This document shows positions 1 through 9,170 of a DNA stretch of 64,000 nucleotides, piece after piece (within the stretch, counting starts at the first letter, position 1; every line of letters begins with the position of its first letter). The position numbers and the translations under genes were made by a program. Source of the DNA: an uncultured Alphaproteobacteria bacterium (lineage in GTDB: Bacteria; Pseudomonadota; Alphaproteobacteria; HIMB59; GCA-002718135); contig CABXSY010000004.1 in assembly GCA_902514875.1 (NCBI GenBank), positions 16,890 through 80,889 on the forward strand. Direction: 5' to 3'. The notes under the pieces are model-generated. The model made no database searches. It worked only from the letters and a program-made list of their open reading frames with translations, and had not been told where the DNA came from.

Positions 1-1546
1 TATCATCATCTATGCCTGTTTGAACTTCCCTAAACAATTTTCTTCCAGATGAAATAGTTCTTAAAACTTTATCATTATAAGAATCTATATTTTTTACATT
101 TAAAGAGCTCATTAACTTATATCTATTTTCCATTTCTCTAACCACCCACTTAAGAGCAAATACAGCTTTCTTTGAATCAGTAACTACAGGTGTTAAAAGA
201 TGTGGAATATCTTCATAAATACTCAATTCTAACATTTTAGGATCAATTAATATCAGCTTGCATTCATTGGGTTTAAATTTGTAAAGTATGCTTAATATCA
301 TTGTGTTAATACCAACGGATTTCCCCGATCCAGTTGTCCCCGCTATTAGCAGATGAGGCATTCGTTCTAAATTTGCGAAAATACTTTTTCCAGATATATC
401 TTTTCCTAACGCAAGAGTAAGGGAGTCATTTTCAATTTCAAATTCGTCTTCTTCAATTAAATCACCAAATAAAACACTATTTCTTTTAGTATTTGGTATT
501 TCGATACCCAAGCTTGTCTTCCCGGGTTGGGTTGAAATTCTAGCAGAAATAGAAGACATCGCTCTAGCAATATCATCAGACAAGCCTATTACTTTACTAG
601 ATTTTATCCCAGCATTTGGAATAAATTCAAATAAAGTTACAATTGGACCACTACTAAAACCAACTATTTTTCCTTCAACACCATATTCAGATAGAGTTTT
701 CTCTAGCCTAATTGCAGCATCAGTGTTTATTTTTTCTAATTCTCTGTTTTTATTATTTTTTAAATTTGATTTTGAAAGTAAATTTTTAGATGGAAGACTA
801 AAGCTAAAATTATCTAGTTCTAGTTGTTTGTTAGCCTTAGTATTATTATTTTTTTTGCTTAAATTAACATAATTTCTTTTCTTAATTGTTGGCTCACTTC
901 TTAATGTTTTTTTTGTAATTTTTTTTCTAAAATTTATATATTTAATTAAACCAAATACAGAAAGTAAAAATTTAACATATTTAAAAATTTTTAAGAATGA
1001 AAATAATCTATTTATCCAAAAAAAATTTATTCTAAAAGATAAAAATATTAAAACCACACCAAATACTAAAAGTAAAAAATTTATAACTAAATAAACAAAA
1101 ATATTTTCTAATAGATTTAAATTTATGCTTGTAAATAAATCGACTAGGAATTGTGAAACTAAGCCTGTTTTAAAAAAGGTTATACCAGCTGATTTTATGG
1201 AAACATTAATAAGAATTATTCCTGCCAGGTTCGATATAAATTTTAAAATTATAAACCTGCTAGTAATACCTAAAAATAATTTACCACCTTCTAGTATTAT
1301 AAAAAACACTAATATATAACTTAGTGTTCCAATAAAAATTAATGAATAACTTGATAAATAAGCACCAAAAAAACCTATAAGATTTTGAATACTGCTGTCA
1401 TTAATATTATAATTTAATTGATTAAAACCTGGGTCATTTGATGAGTATGAGTAAAGACTGGCAAAATAAATTAGGCCAAATCCAAATAAAATTATGCCTA
1501 CCAAAAATTTAACAATAAAATTTCTAAATGAACCATACTTGAACAT
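1..1546 (-). CDS. ftsK: DNA translocase FtsK, N-terminal ~515 codons (3' end lies beyond the window start)
   Basis: Own minus-strand translation from ATG at 1546-1544: hydrophobic N-terminal TM segments, then MPHLLIAGTTGSGKSVGINTMILS (Walker A, encoded ~361-290), in frame with that ATG. Open to the window edge, so absent from the ORF track. Confidence 0.85.
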   Translation of the reverse strand, partial: MFKYGSFRNFIVKFLVGIILFGFGLIYFASLYSYSSNDPGFNQLNYNINDSSIQNLIGFFGAYLSSYSLIFIGTLSYILVFFIILEGGKLFLGITSRFIILKFISNLAGIILINVSIKSAGITFFKTGLVSQFLVDLFTSINLNLLENIFVYLVINFLLLVFGVVLIFLSFRINFFWINRLFSFLKIFKYVKFLLSVFGLIKYINFRKKITKKTLRSEPTIKKRNYVNLSKKNNNTKANKQLELDNFSFSLPSKNLLSKSNLKNNKNRELEKINTDAAIRLEKTLSEYGVEGKIVGFSSGPIVTLFEFIPNAGIKSSKVIGLSDDIARAMSSISARISTQPGKTSLGIEIPNTKRNSVLFGDLIEEDEFEIENDSLTLALGKDISGKSIFANLERMPHLLIAGTTGSGKSVGINTMILSILYKFKPNECKLILIDPKMLELSIYEDIPHLLTPVVTDSKKAVFALKWVVREMENRYKLMSSLNVKNIDSYNDKVLRTISSGRKLFREVQTGIDDD

Positions 1547-1593
1547 ATAGTTAGATTGTAATACATTTAGATTATGGTAATTCGAAGAAAATT

Positions 1594-2775
1594 ATGAAAG
1601 AAATTCAATCAAACATCAATATAATAGGAGGAGGTCTCATAGGGGCTGTTACAGCATATTCACTTTCTAAACTTGGTAATAAAGTAGTAGTTTTAGAGAA
1701 AAATGCTAAATTTAATCATAAAAATATTTTAGACAAAAGAACAACAGCCATTTCAGAAGGTACGAAAAAATTTCTTGAAGAAATAAATATTTGGAATGAA
1801 ATTAGTAATTACGCAGAACCAATAAAGAATATTCAGATAATAGATAGAAATCAATCAAACAAAATTTATTTTGACAACCAAAGAAGAAAATCCAATCTTG
1901 GATATATAGTTAAAAACGAGTTTATACTTGATTGCTTGTATAAAAAATTACAAAAACAAAAAAATTTAAAAATTTTTAACAATGTTTCCGTTAAAGATAT
2001 TTTTTATCAAGGCGATAACATCACAACCAAGCAAAATAATTTCTATGTTAATACAAATATTATATTTGCCTGTGATGGGAAAAATAGCTCCATAAGAAAA
2101 ATTTTTAAAACACCAATTTATAGAAAAGATTATAAAAAAAAAGCAATTGTAATAAATTTTTACCACTCAAAGAACCACAATAACACTGCTTACGAGTTCT
2201 TCTTTAAAAACGGACCTCTTGCAATCTTACCAATGCAAAAAAATAAAAATCAGTTTCAAAGTTCCATAGTTTGGACAAACACCAATGAATTTATAAACTC
2301 TTTACTTTCCTTAGATGATAATAATATTATTTCTATTCTAAATGATAAGATACAAGGAAGCGTAGGAGAGATAAAAAAAATAATCACCAAACAAACCTTT
2401 CCTTTAAAAGCTCATTTAAACTCTAAATTTTTTGAGAATAGAGTTATTTATTTAGGGGATTCAGCACACTCATTTCATCCAATTGCAGGACAAGGATGGA
2501 ATCTAGGAATGCAAGATGTAGAAAGTATATATAATCTTGTTAAAAAATATAACTCTCTAGGTTTGGAATTGGGAGATGAAATATTTTGTAAAGAATTTCA
2601 GAAAGATAATTTTTATAAGGCTTATAGGTTGTATCAAATCACTGATAAAGTTGATAGTGTATTTAAATTAGATAATACAATTTTTAATCATGCAAGATTT
2701 TCAGCTATCAATTTAATGGAGAAAAGCAAAAAATTGAAAAACCAGATAAGTGATTTTGCTATGGGTGTTAATTAA
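1594..2775 (+). CDS. FAD-dependent ubiquinone-biosynthesis hydroxylase (UbiH/UbiF/Coq6 family)
   Basis: N-terminal IIGGGLIGAV dinucleotide fold, DGKNSSIRK, GDSAHSFHPIAGQGWNLGMQDV motif. Confidence 0.85.
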   Translation: MKEIQSNINIIGGGLIGAVTAYSLSKLGNKVVVLEKNAKFNHKNILDKRTTAISEGTKKFLEEINIWNEISNYAEPIKNIQIIDRNQSNKIYFDNQRRKSNLGYIVKNEFILDCLYKKLQKQKNLKIFNNVSVKDIFYQGDNITTKQNNFYVNTNIIFACDGKNSSIRKIFKTPIYRKDYKKKAIVINFYHSKNHNNTAYEFFFKNGPLAILPMQKNKNQFQSSIVWTNTNEFINSLLSLDDNNIISILNDKIQGSVGEIKKIITKQTFPLKAHLNSKFFENRVIYLGDSAHSFHPIAGQGWNLGMQDVESIYNLVKKYNSLGLELGDEIFCKEFQKDNFYKAYRLYQITDKVDSVFKLDNTIFNHARFSAINLMEKSKKLKNQISDFAMGVN

Positions 2776-3361
2776 TAGTTTTACTATTATTATCTTCAAC
2801 AATCTCAAGCTCTAAAATTGAATGAAGTTTTTTATAAAAATCGTTTAAATTTTTTGTTTCCAAAAGAACCTGTTTTTCAATATCACTAAAAGGGGATATC
2901 ATTGCTATAAATTTTATAATTTGATTAAAATCAATATTTTGAATTTCTTCAAAGTTTAAATTAATTTTTTTTACTTTAATATATTGGCTATACTTATCTA
3001 GAAGATTGTTTTTTTGTTTTTCATTAATTATGTTTGTATCTTCCTCAAAATCCAACATTTCAGCTTCAATCAACCTAAACTTATATTTTTTTTCTAACTC
3101 TTTCTTAATTTTAAAACAACTAGTACCCTGTAGACTAATTAAATATCGTCCGTCTGTTGTTTCACTAAAACTATGAATTTTTCCAATACAACCAATATTA
3201 TAGAGTTTATTTTTTTCATCAGATTGTATCATGCCTATATACCTTTCCTTTGAAAGAGCGTAGTCAACCATCTCAATATATCTTTTTTCAAATATATTCA
3301 GAGGCAAGCTTGTTCCTGGAAAAAGAACGGCACCGTTTAAAGGAAAAATAGGGATTTCCAT
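2768..3361 (-). CDS. LON N-terminal substrate-binding domain protein
   Basis: IPIFPLNGAVLFPGTSLPLNIFEKRYIEMV is typical of the Lon N-domain. Conserved pairing with the upstream thioredoxin-TPR gene. Confidence 0.75.
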   Translation of the reverse strand: MEIPIFPLNGAVLFPGTSLPLNIFEKRYIEMVDYALSKERYIGMIQSDEKNKLYNIGCIGKIHSFSETTDGRYLISLQGTSCFKIKKELEKKYKFRLIEAEMLDFEEDTNIINEKQKNNLLDKYSQYIKVKKINLNFEEIQNIDFNQIIKFIAMISPFSDIEKQVLLETKNLNDFYKKLHSILELEIVEDNNSKTIN

Positions 3362-3362
3362 T

Positions 3363-4229
3363 TTATGAAAACATTAATTGTGAAAGCTTTTTTCTATATT
3401 GAATAGTAACTTGATCAGTATTTCCAAGTACAGCGAAAAATTCTACCATCTTATTTTTTATACTATCCTTGTTTTTTGGATAATTTTTTAAAAGCAAATC
3501 CATTCCATTTTCATATTCTTTTATGGAAAAGTATTTATCAGAAATTTCTAAAATTAAATCAATATTATCCGGTTCATTCTCAAGCTTACCAAGTAGCTCA
3601 TTAATATTTGGTCCGGATGAATTATTTTTCACAATTTCTAATTTTTTTAAAACCTGTTTAATCTCATCCTTTTCTTGTACATCTTTTTCTAATGAACTAA
3701 TAAACATCTCAACTTCTTCAAATTGTTTAAGTTCGATCAAACACTCTAAATAAAAACAAATACCTTTAATTTCATCTGAGTTTTTAGAAATAAATTCTAG
3801 TAATGTATCTTTAGTTTCTTCAAATTTATTTTCAGACATAGCACTTTCTATTTCATTATAAAATTCAGTGAAATCTTCATTAATTTTAGAACCTAAACAC
3901 TTTTCAATAAATTCGATAATCTGACCCTCTGGAATAACACCCTGAAATGCATTAACAATTTGCTTATCTTTGAAAGCATAGACAGTAGGAATTGATTGAA
4001 TTCTTAATTGCGCAGCAATTTGTTGATTTTCATCAATATTAATTTTTACTAAGGTGATTTTATCCCCTGATTTTGATATTATTTTTTCTAAAATTGGTGT
4101 TAATTGTTTACAAGGGCCACACCAAGGAGCCCAAAAATCAACAACAATTAATTTATTTTCACTTGCCTCAATAACCTGATCATTAAACTCTGTCTCAGTA
4201 ACATCAATAATATTCGAATTTTCACTCAT
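3363..4229 (-). CDS. Thioredoxin-domain protein with C-terminal TPR-like region (YbbN/CnoX-like)
   Basis: WAPWCGPCKQL active site, followed by a ~180-aa helical C-terminal extension. Confidence 0.8.
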   Translation of the reverse strand: MSENSNIIDVTETEFNDQVIEASENKLIVVDFWAPWCGPCKQLTPILEKIISKSGDKITLVKINIDENQQIAAQLRIQSIPTVYAFKDKQIVNAFQGVIPEGQIIEFIEKCLGSKINEDFTEFYNEIESAMSENKFEETKDTLLEFISKNSDEIKGICFYLECLIELKQFEEVEMFISSLEKDVQEKDEIKQVLKKLEIVKNNSSGPNINELLGKLENEPDNIDLILEISDKYFSIKEYENGMDLLLKNYPKNKDSIKNKMVEFFAVLGNTDQVTIQYRKKLSQLMFS

Positions 4230-4738
4230 AAAGATTTAACTATACTATAACTATTTAGAGAAAAAATATGAATTTTTTTATTATTTTCAAGGAGGAAGTC
4301 TATAAACTCTGAAGTCTCTATACTTATAGTTGTAGTATTAATTAAGGGGTGGAAGTTAATTATTTCACTATTAAAAAGTTTTTCATCTAAATAAAACTCC
4401 ACAACATTATCTTTGTCATTAAGAAGAGCAAATGGCGAGACTGATCCTGGCTTTATACCCAAAAATTGTTCTAAATATTCAGCATTAGCAAATGATAAAT
4501 TCTTAGCATCGATAGATTTAGAAAATTGCTTTAAATCAACCTTTGCATTTTCATCACAACTAAAAAGAAAAAAATTATTTTTTTTATTTTTTAAAAATAA
4601 ATTTTTTGTATGCTCCCCTTTAATTTCACCTCTTAGATTTTCAGAATCTTCAACTGTAAATAAAGGATCATGATCATGAATTTGAAAATGTTTATTTTTT
4701 ACACTAAGTAATTCAAATAAATCTGTCTTTGTAAGCAT
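4226..4738 (-). CDS. YbaK/ProX-type aminoacyl-tRNA editing domain protein
   Basis: Size and HTKNLFLKNKK..FFL and GSVSPFAL motifs typical of prolyl-tRNA synthetase-associated domain proteins. ATGA overlap with the downstream gene. Confidence 0.65.
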   Translation of the reverse strand: MLTKTDLFELLSVKNKHFQIHDHDPLFTVEDSENLRGEIKGEHTKNLFLKNKKNNFFLFSCDENAKVDLKQFSKSIDAKNLSFANAEYLEQFLGIKPGSVSPFALLNDKDNVVEFYLDEKLFNSEIINFHPLINTTTISIETSEFIDFLLENNKKIHIFSLNSYSIVKSL

Positions 4739-4795
4739 AAATAATATTATATTTATTAAGAAATAAGGTATTTAAATACAATTAGAAAATTAACA

Positions 4796-6280
4796 ATGGA
4801 AAAAAAAGCAGTAGTTATAGGAAGTGGTTTTGGAGGCATTGCGATTAGTTTAAGATTAAAAAAATTAGGCTATGAAACAACAATTATTGAAAAACTAGAT
4901 GAGCTCGGAGGAAGAGCAAGAGTTTTTGAAGTAAATGGTTTTAAACATGACGCTGGACCAACGGTCATAACAGCACCATTTCTTTTTGATGAATTATTTA
5001 GTTTATTTGGAAAAAAAAGAGATAATTATTTGAAATTTGTTCCTCTTGAACCTTGGTATAGGTACTATTTTCATGATGGTAAAACATTTGATTATTGTTC
5101 TACCATCGAAAAAACTAACAGAGAAATCAGTAAATTTGATAAGAAAGATATAAAAGGTTACTATAAACTTTTAAATCAATCAAAAAAAATATTTGATGTG
5201 GGGTTTACACAATTAGCCGATAAACCATTCATTTCTTTTTTTAAAATGTTGGGAGTTATTCCTAATTTGATAATTTTGAAAAGTTTTTTAACAGTATCTC
5301 AACTTGTAAATAGTTATCTAAAAAACCCATATCTTAGAAAAGCATTTTCAATTCATCCACTTTTAGTTGGGGGAGATCCGCACACAACAACATCTATTTA
5401 TGCTTTAATTCATTATTTAGAGAGAAAATGGGGGGTATTTTTTTGTATGGGTGGAACTGGTAAAATCGTATCTGAATTAAAAAAATTGATGATTGATTGT
5501 GGTATTAAAATTAAAACAAACACAGAGGCAAAAGAATTTATTGTTGAAAATAATAGAATAACAAAAATTTTAACAAACAATGAAGAAATTTCCAATATAG
5601 ATCTAGTTGTTTGTAATGCTGATCCACCCATGGTTTACTCCAAACTTTTAAAAAAACAAAACTTAAGAAGACCTGTATTAAAAGAAAAAAACTTATTATA
5701 CTCAATGGGACTTTTTGTTCTTTTTTTTGGTACGAAAAAACAATACCATAAAGTTGCTCATCATACTATTTGGATGACTGAACGATTTAAATCTTTACTT
5801 CATGATATATTTAAAAATAAAGTTTTATCTGATGATTTTTCTTTATATATTCACAGACCTACCGCAACAGACAAGTCATTTGCTCCAAAAGGATGCGATA
5901 GTTTTTATGTTCTATGCCCAGTACCAAATTTAAAAGGTAAAATTGATTGGGATGTTGAATCAGAAAACCTAAAAAATAAGATAGTTAAAGAATTATCGCA
6001 AACAATTATGCCAGATTTAGAAGATAGCATTACAGATGTTTTTTGGATGAATCCTAAAGATTTTAAAAATGATTACAATTCTATGCACGGAGCTGGTTTT
6101 TCTATAGCTCCGATCTTCACACAGTCAGCCTGGTTTAGGTATCACAACAAAGATAAAAAAATCAAAAACCTATATTTTTCGGCAGCAGGATCTCATCCAG
6201 GCGCAGGAATACCAGGCGTGCTGTCTTCTGCAAAAGTAGTTGAAAATATCATTAAAGCTGAATTAAAAATTAATGATTGA
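4796..6280 (+). CDS. crtI: Phytoene desaturase
   Basis: VIGSGFGGIAISLRL..GGRA FAD fold, C-terminal AAGSHPGAGIPGVLSSAKV, operon context. Confidence 0.93.
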   Translation: MEKKAVVIGSGFGGIAISLRLKKLGYETTIIEKLDELGGRARVFEVNGFKHDAGPTVITAPFLFDELFSLFGKKRDNYLKFVPLEPWYRYYFHDGKTFDYCSTIEKTNREISKFDKKDIKGYYKLLNQSKKIFDVGFTQLADKPFISFFKMLGVIPNLIILKSFLTVSQLVNSYLKNPYLRKAFSIHPLLVGGDPHTTTSIYALIHYLERKWGVFFCMGGTGKIVSELKKLMIDCGIKIKTNTEAKEFIVENNRITKILTNNEEISNIDLVVCNADPPMVYSKLLKKQNLRRPVLKEKNLLYSMGLFVLFFGTKKQYHKVAHHTIWMTERFKSLLHDIFKNKVLSDDFSLYIHRPTATDKSFAPKGCDSFYVLCPVPNLKGKIDWDVESENLKNKIVKELSQTIMPDLEDSITDVFWMNPKDFKNDYNSMHGAGFSIAPIFTQSAWFRYHNKDKKIKNLYFSAAGSHPGAGIPGVLSSAKVVENIIKAELKIND

Positions 6281-7154
6281 TTTAAAGCTTAATTCATCGA
6301 CTGATCTTAAGAGGGAAGGTAAGAGTTTTTACTGGGCAAGTTTTTTTTTACCAAAAGCATCAAAAAAGAATGCAGGTATTCTTTATTCAATTTGTAGATA
6401 TTTTGATGATATTGCTGACAAGTATAGTGAAGATCAAACCACTTATCTTAAAAGTTCAATTGAAGAAATAAGAACCAATAAGAATAATAAAGTAAATATT
6501 TTTTTGCAAAAAAATAAAATTAATAATTTAATTTTTATAGATTTAATAGAGGGATTAATCTTGGATCAAAAAAAAATAAGAATTCAAAATGAGGAAGAGC
6601 TAATAAAATACTCTTATCATGTTGCTGGTACTGTTGGATTAATGATGTCTAAAATTATAGGAGCAAAAGATAAAAAGGCAGCACGATCCGCAATTGATTT
6701 AGGTATTGGAATGCAGCTAACAAATATAGCAAGAGATGTTTATGAAGATTCTAAAATGAAAAGAATATATTTACCTGCCAATTGGATACCTGAAATATCA
6801 TTAAAAAATTTAACTGATCTTAATAACAAAAGCTCATACAAAGATGAAAGAATATCAAATGCAATTTATGAAGTAGTAGGTCTTTCAGATAAGTTTTATA
6901 AAAATGGTTTTGCTGGTTTAAAATATATCCCACTATCTACCAGACTAGGCATATTTATTGCAGCTAATGTTTATAGAGGTATAGGTATTAAGATAAAATC
7001 CAATAAAAAAAAATATTTAAGAGAAAGAGTATATTTAAATTTATTAGAAAAATCTTTAATTACAATTAAATCAATTTTACTTTTTATTTTTATCCCCTTC
7101 ATGAAATATGAGTATCAAAAAATTAGAGATAATCTTCCAAATGAAAATTTATAA
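6273..7154 (+). CDS. crtB: Phytoene synthase
   Basis: YSICRYFDDIAD and MQLTNIARDVYED Asp-rich motifs. 8-nt overlap with crtI. Confidence 0.92.
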   Translation: MIDLKLNSSTDLKREGKSFYWASFFLPKASKKNAGILYSICRYFDDIADKYSEDQTTYLKSSIEEIRTNKNNKVNIFLQKNKINNLIFIDLIEGLILDQKKIRIQNEEELIKYSYHVAGTVGLMMSKIIGAKDKKAARSAIDLGIGMQLTNIARDVYEDSKMKRIYLPANWIPEISLKNLTDLNNKSSYKDERISNAIYEVVGLSDKFYKNGFAGLKYIPLSTRLGIFIAANVYRGIGIKIKSNKKKYLRERVYLNLLEKSLITIKSILLFIFIPFMKYEYQKIRDNLPNENL

Positions 7155-8223
7155 AGCTGCAATTATTGGCTTAGGACCTAGTGGTTTAGCTGTAAATAAA
7201 ATTCTTTACGGAGATAATTATAACGAAATCATAGCGTTTGAAAGTGGAGATATAAACAAAAGAGATAATTTTTTTGGTTTTTGGTTAACTGATTGGATGA
7301 AGCCATTTGAGAAAATTATTGAAAAAAAATGGCACAAATGGACAATTGGTAACACAAATACTAAGGTGACTCATACAAGTTTAGATAAACCTTATTGTGT
7401 CATTAGTTTTAAAACGTGGAAAAAATTTTGCTTAGAAACAAAAAATAAATTAGAAATTATAAACAAACAAGTTGTTCAATATTTTCCTGAAGAAAATTAT
7501 TTTAAAATAATCACTGCTGATGACAAAGTATATTATGCTGAAAATATATATGACTCACGATCAGCTAAAGAAAAAAAAGGTGAGCTATTACAACATTTTT
7601 TTGGAATTAACATTACTGTGGCAGATAATACTTTTAATGAAAATAAATTGACCTTGATGCACTTTACGGAAGAAAACAATGTTTTACATTTTATATACAT
7701 CCTGCCATTTAGTCATAATAAAGCGCTAGTTGAATCTACGGTCTTTTCAAAAGATGTTTTTCACAACTCTTGGTATAGAGAAAAAATAAAAGATTACTTA
7801 AAGAAAAATAACATTAATAAATTTAAAGAGCAGAGCTCAGAAAAAGGAGTAATACCTATGTTTTTTGCGGGAGAGAAAAAATCGATCAATTCTAATATCT
7901 TCAATATTGGTATTAGAGGAGGTGCATGCAAGCCCTCTACTGGATATGCCTTTTCATTTCTTATAAAGCAAATCCAATTGTTAAAAAATTCAAAGAAAAA
8001 CTATGTAAATATCCATAATTTTTTAGAAAGAAAAATGGATAAAGTTTTTATTAATTTTTTAAAAAATAACAGAGAAGATGGAAGATCATTTTTAAAGCTC
8101 GCTTCTAATCTAAATGGAAATGAATTTCAAAGCTTTATGATGGGTGAATCAAATTTACTAACTAAGGTAAAAATTATAAATAGTATGCCCAAGCTTCCTT
8201 TTATAAAAGAATTATTTAGATAA
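7141..8223 (+). CDS. crtY: Lycopene beta-cyclase (ORF opens at 7108; ATG at 7141 places the GxGxxG motif at the N-terminus)
   Basis: MKIYKAAIIGLGPSGLA FAD fold, GGACKPSTGYAF motif, position between crtB and blh. Confidence 0.85.
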   Translation: MKIYKAAIIGLGPSGLAVNKILYGDNYNEIIAFESGDINKRDNFFGFWLTDWMKPFEKIIEKKWHKWTIGNTNTKVTHTSLDKPYCVISFKTWKKFCLETKNKLEIINKQVVQYFPEENYFKIITADDKVYYAENIYDSRSAKEKKGELLQHFFGINITVADNTFNENKLTLMHFTEENNVLHFIYILPFSHNKALVESTVFSKDVFHNSWYREKIKDYLKKNNINKFKEQSSEKGVIPMFFAGEKKSINSNIFNIGIRGGACKPSTGYAFSFLIKQIQLLKNSKKNYVNIHNFLERKMDKVFINFLKNNREDGRSFLKLASNLNGNEFQSFMMGESNLLTKVKIINSMPKLPFIKELFR

Positions 8224-8224
8224 T

Positions 8225-9043
8225 ATGTTAGGGGACCTCTCAATTATAAATATTATTTCTTTTTTATTAATTTTTTTCATTGGTCTTCCACATGGTTCGT
8301 TTGATGGCGCAGTTGCTTCTTTAGTAGGTTTTACTAACAGAATTCAATTTCTACAATTTATACTTTACTACTTAATTTTATTTTTTCTAGTCATTTTATT
8401 TTGGTTATATTTTCCTATTATTTCGCTAACGATTTTTATTATAATGACTATTGCCCATTTTGGATTATGTGATTGGACAAACTTTAAAATAAATAAATAC
8501 AAGTATTCTATAAGCTTTACTTATGGAATGACTATTATTTTTGGGATAATATTTTTCAATGAAGATAAATCTTTTTTGATATTTGAATATCTCACAAATA
8601 AAAATATTTACTCAATCCAAAAATATTTTTTCATTCCATATTTTTTAACAGTATTATCTCTAATATATTTTATTTATCTCTCATTTTTTGAAAAGAAATT
8701 ACGAAAAGGAATTATTGAGATTTTATTTCTTTTAATAATTTTTTATTTTTTTGATCCGTTATTTAGCTTTGCAATATATTTCTGTTTTTTTCACACTTAC
8801 AAACACTTAAAACATTTGATTAAAAATATTTATTTAAATTTAAAAAACAAATACTTTGTTATTTACTCCACTATAATTTTTACAGTAATTTCTTGGATTG
8901 GGGGTTTAGGAATTTTTTACTATTTAGTTCAAAATTTATCATTATATGAGTCAATATTAAAAGTAGTTTTTATTGGACTTGCTGCATTAACCCTTCCTCA
9001 TATGCTACTTGTTGATATTGTTTACAGAAGAAGATTTAAATAA
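8225..9043 (+). CDS. blh: Beta-carotene 15,15'-dioxygenase (Brp/Blh family), retinal-forming
   Basis: Polytopic membrane protein with four His motifs (GLPHGSFD, IAHFG, FFHTYKH, LPHM), directly after crtIBY. Confidence 0.88.
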   Translation: MLGDLSIINIISFLLIFFIGLPHGSFDGAVASLVGFTNRIQFLQFILYYLILFFLVILFWLYFPIISLTIFIIMTIAHFGLCDWTNFKINKYKYSISFTYGMTIIFGIIFFNEDKSFLIFEYLTNKNIYSIQKYFFIPYFLTVLSLIYFIYLSFFEKKLRKGIIEILFLLIIFYFFDPLFSFAIYFCFFHTYKHLKHLIKNIYLNLKNKYFVIYSTIIFTVISWIGGLGIFYYLVQNLSLYESILKVVFIGLAALTLPHMLLVDIVYRRRFK

Positions 9044-9095
9044 ATCATTTGCTCATATTGACTTATAAATTCAAAATGGTAATTGTGTGCTTAAA

Positions 9096-9170
9096 GCGGG
9101 CGTAGCTCAGGGGTAGAGCGCAACCTTGCCAAGGTTGAAGTCGAGGGTTCGAATCCCTTCGCCCGCTCCA
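9096..9170 (+). tRNA. tRNA-Gly (anticodon GCC), CCA encoded
   Basis: Hand-folded cloverleaf: acceptor GCGGGCG/CGCCCGC, D arm GCTC..GAGC, anticodon stem CAACC/GGTTG with loop TTGCCAA, T arm GAGGG-TTCGAAT-CCCTT, discriminator T plus CCA. Confidence 0.95.

Noticed and set aside
1125-1319. 64-aa plus-strand ORF from the track
   Set aside because: It lies entirely antisense within the ftsK coding region, and its low-complexity K/N/I composition is typical of shadow ORFs in AT-rich DNA.
3523-4673. Track ORFs 3523-3753 (+) and 4413-4673 (+)
   Set aside because: Both are antisense to the confidently assigned thioredoxin and YbaK-like genes. Their Ser/Phe/Leu-rich composition is characteristic of reverse-frame translation.
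7108-7140. Upstream start for crtY giving MSIKKLEIIFQ before the FAD fold
   Set aside because: It would overlap crtB by 47 nt. The ATG at 7141 places the GxGxxG motif at the usual N-terminal position. The longer form cannot be excluded.
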